NCBI RefSeq assembly: GCF_006345805.1
Contig: NW_021832344.1
Location: 1 to 30,931 of the forward strand
DNA length: 30,931 bases
Direction: 5' to 3'
From: Octopus sinensis
Taxonomy: Eukaryota
Each line of letters starts with the position of its first letter. Within the stretch, counting starts at the first letter, position 1. Positions 11,846-21,173 of the stretch are shown piece by piece. The translations under genes and the position numbers were made by a program. Under the pieces are notes generated by a model that was not told the origin of the DNA, made no database searches, and saw nothing but the letters and a program-made list of their open reading frames with translations.

Positions 11846-11874
11846 CAGAATCATGCAGTGGCATCTTCTCTCTA

Positions 11875-11996
11875 CAACAACAACAACAACAACGACGACG
11901 ACGACGATGATGATGATGATGATGATGATGCTGATGATGATGATGATGATGCTGCTGATGATGATGGTAACGATGATGGTGATTATTATTATTATT

Positions 11997-12043
<47 letters not shown>

Positions 12044-12070
12044 AATAATGATAATTATAATAATAATAAC

Positions 12071-12124
<54 letters not shown>
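11875..12124. repeat. Compound trinucleotide array (CAA, CGA, TGA, TTA, TAA)
   Basis: Direct inspection. Confidence 0.95.
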
Positions 12125-12125
<1 letters not shown>

Positions 12126-12677
12126 GCCCTGATGCAGTACCAGGCAGTGGCTCTCGTGGCTTCTGATCTTAACTGATTGGAAGTGTTATCATGTACATTG
12201 TTTTGGCTTGGTATAAAAGATGGGCTACAGAAAATATTCCGCTCAATATCACAGATTTGCTTGTCAGTTGTTTGACCTTAACCAGTTGAGCATGTCCTTA
12301 GTAACTGATGATATGTGCATATCTGATCATGAGCAGAAATAGTGGGGAAGCATCATAGCCATGTGTTGAGCGGGATTCTTTGGAGTTTAAATAATTCACC
12401 TCTGGAAACATGATGTTTCGTTCAACATCCTTAAACAACCCTTATTAAGGGACCACTTGAGTGGGATGGGTTACTCGACCAGAGGAAAATTCTAACTGGG
12501 CCCCACCTGCAAGGTCATGTGCTGTTTATCTTGATATGAGATCACCATATCACGCGCACATGGCTGTGATGCATGTGCCTAGTGTGCCCTTATCAGACGG
12601 GTAGTCATGACGGGTATACTGGGCTTCGTATATTTTACCCCAGTGTCACTTTGATGACATGCACTGCTCTCTCATTC
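12125..12677 (+). mobile_element. Apparently non-coding retroposon embedded in (TAA)n arrays
   Basis: About 550 bp ending CACTGCTCTCTCATTC-(AAT)n, preceded by (AAT)n. A second, 5'-truncated copy with the same 3' junction lies at 22823-23046. Confidence 0.7.
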
Positions 12678-12690
12678 AATAATAATGATG

Positions 12691-12756
<66 letters not shown>

Positions 12757-12763
12757 TGTTTTA

Positions 12764-13142
12764 ATAGAAATTAGCAAAATGGAGAAACTGAAGACTAAAA
12801 CAATACTTGTTGTCAAAGGTGCCCTAGGAATGACAGCAAAAGAGGCTGATTCCTACCTAGCTCAGATACCAGGAAACACCAAAATGGCAGAAATTCAAAA
12901 GATTGTGCCCCTGGGAACTGCCCATATCCTACGTAAAATACTGACTGTAATCTCAAAATTTAAAACAAACGCATAATTTTCTTATGGTTTCTTAAACATT
13001 ATCTAGAATAACACTATGTACAAAACCAAATACATGGCACCCTAGGCACAACACCGACATGAACTTCTAACTTGTTGTCTCTTGAGGTCTCTGGGTTAGA
13101 CTGGGAGCCAAATTGTACAAATGCAAAGCAAAAGTCAAAATT
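12764..13142 (+). mobile_element. 5'-truncated R4/Dong-like LINE (RLE C-terminus plus 3' UTR) between (TAA)n arrays
   Basis: IEISKMEKLKTKTILVVKGALGMTAKEADSYLAQIPGNTKMAEIQKIVPLGTAHILRKIL (ORF 12779-12976). (AAT)n lies on both flanks. Confidence 0.85.
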
Positions 13143-13239
13143 AATAATAGTAATAATAATAATGATGATAATGATGATGACGATGATGATGATGATGATC
13201 ATCATCATCATCATAATAATAATAATAATAATAATAATG

Positions 13240-13300
<61 letters not shown>

Positions 13301-13337
13301 CAACAACAACAATAACAACAACAACAACAACAGCAGC
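13142..13337. repeat. Compound trinucleotide array (TAA/TGA/TCA/CAA/CAG)
   Basis: Direct inspection. Confidence 0.95.
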
Positions 13338-13539
13338 AAATGGCACCCAATAGCAAACAGCAAACAGCGAGCTGCCGGGAAGATAGATCAAATACAAAAC
13401 CATCACGAAGCAGGAATTAAGAATCCACAATAGTAATTAAAACAAAACAATGTTTTAATGGAAGCCGTCTCAGGAAACTGAAAGACTATTTTTTGCCTCA
13501 GATACGCCAACATAGCAAAACGTGCGTAAAAATGTAGAC

Positions 13540-14150
13540 ACATGGACTTCAATATTTCTATACGGAAACTGCAAACTTCTGAGTAAAATTTAAAATTTAA
13601 AATTTAAGTTACATATCCATCCTTATTTACACAAGACTGTAATCGCAAATTTTAAAACAAACACATAATTTTCTTATGGTTCTTATATACGCACATTGCT
13701 GTCTCTCGCGTACACACCAATAATACTTATAAATACCAGAGAAGCATCAACATACGTTCATTGGCGGTTTTGTATCGAAAAGTAAATGCTGCAAAGACGG
13801 ACCCATAACAAAACCAACAAAAATGAAAGAACGATGGACAGATAAACCATCAATACTATGAAATGATTGATTTATGATTAACACACACTCCTATGCAACA
13901 CTCCTCCAAAAACATACAGGAATAAACATACAGTTAATACTTAACAAAATGAGCAAAACCCAGAACATGTGTCATAGAAAGCCGACACACAACCAGCGCT
14001 GCACAAACAACACACAATACTAAAACTAAAACAACAGAAAACTCAAACCAAAGCCTATAACAAAACATACTGATGCAATACAATATATCTCCCACATGAA
14101 ACAGCACAAAGGTGCAACAAATGATGCAATAGAATGTTGCTTGAAACTTT
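13540..14150 (+). mobile_element. Highly degraded R4/Dong-like LINE remnants
   Basis: 13636-13686 nearly repeats the 3' segment at ~12942-12995. 13560-13590 resembles the GTAHILRK-coding DNA. KERWTDKP near 13830 resembles the W..KPLHG motif. The rest is A/C-rich and cannot be assigned. Confidence 0.4.
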
Positions 14151-14480
14151 CAGATGTTAAAAAATGATAATGGTGGTGACGTTGGTGACGAACGTTACCT
14201 TACCTCAGTTTATGAGAGACGGGTGTTGCCGTAGAAACTCTGATTGTAACAGCGAAAAGTAAACTGGACCATTAAGAGAAGGCCTCTAGCTCGGCAATGG
14301 TCCAGTAATGATGCAGACTGACCACAGCTGTTATCCTAATACCGCATCAACAGATAATAGAGTAAGGAGAAGTCGACCAGTGAAGACAACAGGATAGTGA
14401 TGCAGTGCTACTTAGAAAGTGAACCTAAAAGAAGGGGCTATAGAAAAATGATGTTAACACTTTGGGTAGAAAAGGATTTT

Positions 14481-14888
14481 TTTTTACTTGTTTCAGTCAT
14501 TCGACTGCGGCCATGCCGAAGCACCACCTTTAGTCGAGCAACTCGACCCCAAGACTTATTCTTTGTAAGCCCAGTACTTATTCTATCGGTCTCTTTTGCC
14601 GAACTGCTAAGTGACGGGGACGTAAACACACCAGCATCGGTTGTCAAGCGATGCTAAGGGGACAAATACAGACACACAAACACATACACTCACACACATA
14701 TATACATATATACACATATATACGACAGGCTTCTTTCAGTTTCCGTCTACCAAATCCACTCACAAGGCATTGGTCAGCCCGGGGCTATAGTAGAAGACAC
14801 TTGCCCAAGGTGCCACGCAGTGGGACTGAACCCGGAACCATGTGGTTGGTTAGCAAGCTACTTACCACACAGCCACTCCTGCGCCTAT
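14481..14888 (-). mobile_element. SINE family A, full length
   Basis: Reverse complement starts ATAGGCGCAGGAGTGGCTGTGTGGTAAG and ends GACTGAAACAAGTAAAA. Colinear with the other copies. Confidence 0.93.
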
Positions 14889-15004
14889 ATGTTTAAAGTG
14901 ACTGAGCAGAGATTTGTTGATCAAGCTAATGAATATAAATATTTAATTCTTGAACAATTCTACTTTCCTGCTTCAAGAGATCACAAAAGAACTGAAAAAA
15001 AAGA

Positions 15005-15852
15005 CCAGGCAGTAAGGATGACAAACAACATAAGATATACAGCTCAAACCAAAGAAGCTAAAAGAAAAAAAAAAGAGCTACCAATAAGGAAGGGACAACT
15101 GACACCAGCGACTTATGGTTGCAGAAAGAAAAGGTGAAAAAGGAGACAGGAATTTTTTAGCATCAGCACAATATCAAGTATTAAGGACTAATTAGATAAA
15201 AGCCAAGATAGACAAAAACCAAGTAGATTCTCATAGTAGGTTATGCAAATCAAAATAGGAAGCTGCTATTCATGTAGTAAGTGAATGTTGTATGCTGGCA
15301 TAGAAAGAATACAAGATAAGGCATGACAACCTAGAGAGAATAATCCAGCTAGAATTTGAACATACTGGTTAATGGTATGAAAATGAACCTAATAAAGTAC
15401 TAGAAAGTAAGAAATATAAGATGTTGTGGGAATTTAATATTCAGACTGAGAGAGTTATAGAAGCAAGAAGACCTGATTAAGTAGTAGTAGGTAAAGAGAA
15501 TAGAATGTGCCCGATAATTGACTTTACACTCCCAAATGATGAAAATATTTATATGAGAGGTATAGAAAAATAGCAAAGTACCAGAACCTCACCATTGAAT
15601 TACAGAAACTATGGAAAGTGCGGGTAAAATGTATTCCAGTAGTTATGGGTGCAGTGAGAACTATCCCTAAATATTTGAACAGATGGATAGAGGAAATGGG
15701 CATGAAACCCAATTTAGTACAGCTCCAGAAGACAGCGTTATTAGGGACAGCAAGGATACTAAGGGGGGTTCTTGGCATCTAAGGTTACTTGTTGTAGCCC
15801 GATGTTAGGATTTTTTCTTTTCCATCAGTTTAATCTGTTGTGCGTGTATGAA
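15005..15852 (+). pseudogene. R4/Dong-like LINE 3' part: zinc knuckle plus restriction-like endonuclease, disrupted
   Basis: DLWLQK..KKET..ASAQYQVLRTN*IKAKIDK..RLCKSK*EAAIHVVSEC..EYKIRHDN..WYENEPNKVLESKKYKMLWEFNIQTERVIEARRPD*VVVGKENRMCPIIDFTLP..KYQNLTIELQKLWKVRVKCIPVVMGAV..LQKTALLGTARILRGVLGI* (stop 15780-15782). A short 3' UTR is followed by (TAA)n. Confidence 0.9.
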
Positions 15853-15864
15853 ATAATGATGATG

Positions 15865-15918
<54 letters not shown>

Positions 15919-16030
15919 TTGTGCGGAAAGAGTCCCTGTGAGACCTCTGACAGAATCTACCAGACAGAATCTACCACTCTCTCAGAATCTACCAGAGCAA
16001 ACAAGATCGAGCGCTCCTAGAAGAAAAAGC

Positions 16031-16034
16031 AATG

Positions 16035-16081
<47 letters not shown>

Positions 16082-16094
16082 AATAATGATAATA

Positions 16095-16140
<46 letters not shown>

Positions 16141-16163
16141 TAATAATAATGATAATGATAATA

Positions 16164-16227
<64 letters not shown>

Positions 16228-16272
16228 CATTAATAATAATAACAATAAGTAGCATGAATGTTAGCAGTAGTG

Positions 16273-16304
<32 letters not shown>

Positions 16305-16490
16305 AAGAAGAAGAAGAAGAAGAAGAAGAAGAAGAAGAAAAGAAGAAGAAGAAGAAGAAGAAGAAGAAGAAGAAGAAGAAGAAGAAGAAGAAGAAAAGGA
16401 AGAAGAAGAAGAGGAAGAGGAAGAAGAAGGGAAGAGGAAGAAGAAGAACTACAACAATACTAGTAACAAGAACAATAACGACTACAACAA
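16031..16490. repeat. Compound trinucleotide array (TAA/TGA, then GAA/GAG, then CAA)
   Basis: Direct inspection. Explains the poly-I/K/R/E/L ORFs. Confidence 0.95.
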
Positions 16491-16837
16491 CTAACGAAAT
16501 TAAAGCTTAACGTCTTATCAACTGCGCTGCACCATGTTTATCGTTAATATACAATGCATATGGAAGATGAAACAAATGGTTTGTACAAAGAAAAGAGAAT
16601 ATCTCATAGACTCAATAGAATCACACGACTCATTGAATTCCCTTATGACCATATTGCCGTATTATGGATTACTAATTGCAAAGGCCACTTCCTCGTGATG
16701 GTGATTTGGGAAAAGAACATTCTTTGTAGAGAGAAAATAGTTGAATATAAGAATAAAAGAATAATAATGAGATATTTTTTCCTTCTTTACATATAATTAA
16801 GTGTGAGTGTGTAGTTGTGTGCATCTGTGTATATAGA

Positions 16838-17153
16838 ATACACACTCCAGAAACGTTGCCATTGATGACAAGGTAAATACCGAAGTGGCTATAGTGAGTG
16901 TTGCCTTTGACAAAAATCCATAAGATCGTATAGAACAGGAGAGGCATCACCCTAGAAACAAAGATTAAGGTGTATCGAGCCTTAGTTCTCACATCTCTAT
17001 TCTATGGCTGTGAAACGTGGACGGTTACCGAACATCAATCAACAAATCTGAACCACTTCGTCACCGTCTGTATATGAAAACTCTTTTGCATAAAGTGGCA
17101 TGACAAAATCTCAGACGCTGACATAATCACCTGCGCTAGTCCGTACAGCATAT
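16838..17153 (+). pseudogene. RTE-clade (BovB-like) reverse transcriptase C-terminal fragment
   Basis: NVAIDDKVN..VAF.. then NRRGITLETKIKVYRALVLTSLFYGCETWTVTEHQSTNLNHFVTVCI*KLFCIKWHDKISDADIITCAS, matching RTE motifs (YGCETWT, WQDKIPD-like). Confidence 0.85.
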
Positions 17154-17537
17154 GGAAGCACTCCGTCGGTTACGACGACGAGGGTTCCGGTTGATCCGAA
17201 TCAACGGAACAGCCTGCTCGTGAAATTAACGTGTAAGTGGCTGAGCACTCCACAGATACGTGTACCCTTAACGTAGTTCTCGGGGATATTCAGCGTGACA
17301 CAGAGAGTGACAAGGCCGGCCCTTTTTAAAATACAGGTACAACAGAAACAGGAAGTAAGACTGAGAGAAAGTTGTGGTGAAAGAGTACAGCAGGGATAAC
17401 CACCATCCCCTGCCGGAGCCTCGTGGAGCTTTAGGTGTTTTCGCTCAATAAACACCCACAACGCCCGGTCTGGGAATCGAAACCGCGATCCTACGACCGC
17501 GAGTCCGCTGCCCTAACCACTGGGCCATTGCGCCTCC
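17154..17537 (-). mobile_element. SINE family B, full length
   Basis: Near-identical to 1886-2272. Its two flanks do not form a matching TSD with each other (see findings). Confidence 0.92.
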
Positions 17538-17539
17538 AC

Positions 17540-17720
17540 CCTACTTAAATACAGAGGTACTATTTAAATACAAGTGTTACGTACAAACATTTTAAATGTA
17601 CGGTATGTGAACGTGTAGTGACACTCTAACTAACCCTAAAACTAACCCTCCCCTTCATATTGTTACGTAGATGCATCGGGACCTCTGTGTTTAAGTAGTG
17701 CCGTGAAACTAACGGTTTTT
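17540..17720. mobile_element. Possible Helentron-associated (HINE/DINE-like) element
   Basis: 18-bp inverted repeats at 17541-17558 and 17681-17698 (17/18), TAACCCT(AA) motifs at 17630-17649, and a terminal hairpin CCGT-GAAACTA-ACGG followed by TTTTT. Confidence 0.45.
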
Positions 17721-17948
17721 GTGTGTTCTTGAATGGTTTACAAACATCTACGCTGCAATTGTTGTTATTTCCGCACACGATCTCAGATCAAGTCACTTGC
17801 TATGCAGGTACATCTCAGTAAATTTTTTAAATCACTATGGATAAATGTCAGCAATGACCTTCTCAGGCTCTCCAATATTTTGATTTCTAAACAGAAACAA
17901 TTAGGGGAGGGGTTCCAAAGAATTCATAATTTCTCAAATTTTTTTTTA

Positions 17949-18337
17949 TCTTTATATATAAACGTCAAGTTGTGTGTCTGTCTCCTACGATTTAGATTCC
18001 TAACTACTCCCACATTTTTCGGTGCAGTTTAACCAAAACCGGGTATCTTATAGTCGTGATTAATATCGAGCCCTTCTGGGTATTAGCGCGCGTCTACGAT
18101 GAGTTTACGAATTTTACTATCATTACTATCATTTTTTTTCCATTTTAATGCATTTTTTCGCTATTATATAAGGGAAGTAACTCTCTAAAAATGTCTACGA
18201 TGAGTCAACGATTTTTAAAAAAATTACCATAATTTTTTTTCCATTTTTAATGCATTTTTTTACTATTTTTGGCTATAACTCTCTAAAAATGCTTATATAG
18301 TTATTTCCCTTACAAACCCGAGCAACGCCGGGCCATA
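17949..18337 (+). mobile_element. Non-autonomous Helitron (3' CTAG missing)
   Basis: Starts A|TCTTTATATATAAA. Carries an internal ~100-bp duplication at ~18092-18292 and a 3' hairpin CCCGAGCAACGCCGGG at 18317-18332. Confidence 0.7.
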
Positions 18338-18353
18338 TGTATATGCTGTACGG

Positions 18354-18691
18354 GGAGGCGCAATGGCCCAGTGGTTAGGGCAGCGGACTCGCGGTCATAG
18401 GATCGCGGTTTCGATTCCCAGACCGGGCGTTGTGAGTGTTTATTGAGCGAAAACAACTAAAGCTCCACGAGGCTCCTTTCTCTCACTCTTACTTCCTGTT
18501 TCTGTTGTACCTGTATTTCAAAGGACCGGCCTTGTCCCTCTCTGTGTTACGCTGAATATCCCCGAGAACTACGTTAAGGGTACACGTGTCTGTGGAGTGC
18601 TCAGCCACTTACACGTTAATTTCACGAGCAGGCTGTTCCGTTGATTCGGATCAACCGGAGCCCTCGTCGTCGTAACCGACGGAGTGCTTCC
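18354..18691 (+). mobile_element. SINE family B with ~45-bp internal deletion
   Basis: Head GGAGGCGCAATGGCCCAG, tail GGAGTGCTTCC. Lacks the GGCAGGGGATGG...CACAAC segment present in the other two copies. Confidence 0.9.
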
Positions 18692-18999
18692 TTCCCCCCT
18701 GTATTTAAATAGTACCTCTGTATTTAAGTAGGTCCGTTATGGGAACTTTGTATTTAAGTGTCAAAATATTTTCTTCGCTTTGAAACTGCGACCTGCTTAC
18801 TGACAAAACTTCACAAAAACAATGCAGCACGAAGTTTTGTCAGTGAACAGCAACCCCACCCCCACGCACACACATACACACACTCACACACACACACACA
18901 CATTCATTGCCTTTCATTTGTGTGTATGTGTATCTGTGTGTGCGCGAGTGTGTTACTGTTGAAGTCGCTCGTGCAACTTGTTGGTATATACATTGGCTT

Positions 19000-19234
19000 T
19001 AAGGCGGCGAGCTGGCAGAAACGTTAGCACGTCGGGCGAAATGCTTAGCGGTATTACGTCTACCGTTACGTTCTGAGTTCAAATTCCGCCGAGGTCGACT
19101 TTACCTTTCATCCTTTCGGGGTCGATAAATTAAGTACCAGTTACGCACTGGGGTCGATGTAATCGACTTAATCCCTTTGTCTGTCCTTGTTTGTCTTCTC
19201 TGTGTTTAGCCTCTTGTGGGTAGTAAAAGAAATA
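19000..19234 (+). mobile_element. SINE family C, full length, 17-bp TSD
   Basis: Head AAGGCGGCGAGCTGGCAGAAACG and B-box-like GAGTTCAAATTCC. TSD GGTATATACATTGGCTT at 18983-18999 and 19235-19251. Confidence 0.93.
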
Positions 19235-19799
19235 GGTATATACATTGGCTTAGTGGTACAGACTGTTTGGAAACTGTGAATAAGGAGCAAGTTTCGAGTA
19301 CTTGTCTTTATTTTTCTTTTCGTTCTCTGATAGTAATTACCCAATTTTCTAGGCTCTTCTCACAGATATCCCGCGTTCAAAAATGAATGAGAATTTCAAA
19401 CATTTTTATTCAATAACTAATAAATTACGTATTCATTAATAAACTATCGGTTTGCCAAATAGCGAATGAAAACTTAAGAGAGAGTGTAAGAGAATTTGCA
19501 AACGAGAATGGAATACTCCGCAGTGAATGTAATGAATATTTAAATTTGTGAATTGGACGCAGTGAATGACAATGAATATTCAAATTTGCGAGAAACTGAA
19601 GTTAAAAAAATTCAAGAAACTTAAGAAATCGAAATTTTAGGAAATTTCTTAGAACATGAATTTATAAAAATATTTCCAGACGGTCAACCCTTTAATAATT
19701 GCTTTCTTTAAGTACTTTTAGTAATTGTTTCATACCTAATTAATAAACAACTTTCTCCATTATAGTATATATATATCACGTCGGGGTTAAATCGTTCAG

Positions 19800-19848
19800 C
19801 GGTGGTTCCCCAGCATGGCCGCGGCCTTCGGGCTAAAGCATTTTAAAG
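19800..19848 (+). mobile_element. Isolated SINE 3'-end fragment
   Basis: CGGTGGTTCCCCAGCATGGCCGCGGCC resembles the family A tail GGCGGTGCTCCAGCATGGCCGCAGTC. Confidence 0.5.
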
Positions 19849-19970
19849 GATTTATATATAATATATATATATATATATATAGTGTATTAAATAAAATATA
19901 TGCATACATACATATATGTACGTACCTACATCTACATGTATATATACATGCATATATAAATATATATACG

Positions 19971-20137
19971 CGAGTACAGGACACCACAAATAGACGCAGA
20001 ACTCAACGAGAACAAAAACGTAAAAACAAGCATGGAACGAACCTTTTTTTTACAAAGAAAAAACAGAGTACTAGACAAACTACACAAGGAAAAATCCCCT
20101 TCATCAGCTGTCCCGAGTTCAACTCCAGTGTGTTTCG

Positions 20138-20141
<4 letters not shown>
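19971..20141. repeat. Unclassified interspersed repeat (family X), copy 1
   Basis: Shares ACAGGAC..AC..AA.., an A-rich body and CCCTTCATCAG(C/T)TGT with 22376-22800. Confidence 0.5.
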
Positions 20142-20183
<42 letters not shown>

Positions 20184-20199
20184 TATATATATATATATA

Positions 20200-20583
20200 C
20201 GAGCAAAACATCCCGCGTCCAATGGACGGTCCTGAGTTGTCAAACATTTAAACCAAATTTTCTCAAAACAACTTGTCCGACCGTCCCATACACCTCACCT
20301 TTGGGAAACACTGATTTAACCTAAATTTGAGACACCAGCAAAAGAAGAAATAAAGATAGACTTTTTTCTATTCCAAGAAAAACGCTTTTACAAATGCACG
20401 TTCCCACGGCTTTATCGATCGCATTCTCACCTGGAATCGATTTTTGTAATTTTTCAAGACTTATACACGCCCTGATGCCGTCGGTATCTACATATCAAAT
20501 TTGAGCGCAATCGGATGGGGGATGCCCGAGATCCTAGAAGACACACAGACAGACAGACAGAACGGATTTTATATATATATATA
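20200..20583 (-). mobile_element. Non-autonomous Helitron, second family
   Basis: Minus strand begins (TA)nAAAATCCGTTCTGTCTGTCTGTCTG and ends with hairpin CGTCC-ATT-GGACG followed by ..TTTTG-CTCG|T (a CTAG|T variant). Confidence 0.65.
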
Positions 20584-20585
20584 TA

Positions 20586-20987
20586 GGCGCAGGAGTGGGT
20601 GTGAGGTAAGTAGCTTGCTAACCAACCACATGGTTCCAGGTTCAGTCCCACTGCGTAGCATCTTGGGCAGGTGTCTTTTGCTATAGCCCCGGGCCGACCA
20701 ATGCCTTGTGGGTGGATTTGGTAGACGGAAACTGAAAAAAACCTGTCGTATATATGTATATATATATATATGTATGCGTGTGTATGTGTTTGTGTGTCTG
20801 TGTTTGTCTGTGTCTGTTCTTGACAACCGATGCTGGTGTGTTTATGTCCCCGTCACTTATCGGTTCGGCAAAAGAGACCGATAGAATAAGTACTGGGCTT
20901 ACAAAGAATAAGTCCCGGGGTCGATTTGCTCGACTAAAGGCGGTGCTCCAGCATGGCCACAGTCAAATTACTGAAACAAGTAAAAGA
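20586..20987 (+). mobile_element. SINE family A, full length
   Basis: GGCGCAGGAGTGGGTGTGAGGTAAG head through GAAACAAGTAAAAGA. Confidence 0.93.
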
Positions 20988-21106
20988 AAAAAGAGAGAAA
21001 GAGTATATATGTATGTATGTATATAAGATAGTGTTACAACAATGCACCAATATTTACTGGAAGTAGCAGTCTAAAGCTTCACTGGAAATAGCATTCTAAA
21101 GCTTCA

Positions 21107-21173
<67 letters not shown>

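Noticed and set aside
18317-18353. CTAG appearing after the Helitron hairpin when the inversion is undone (junction with 17136-17140)
   Set aside because: It lies 22 nt from the hairpin, is followed by C rather than T, and falls inside the RTE reading frame, so it is probably coincidental.
18354-18430. tRNA-Arg(TCG)-like sequence as a true tRNA gene (also at 2200-2272 and 17461-17537)
   Set aside because: It is the head of a SINE, continuous with a shared body and TSD-like flanks, and has no complete cloverleaf or acceptor stem.
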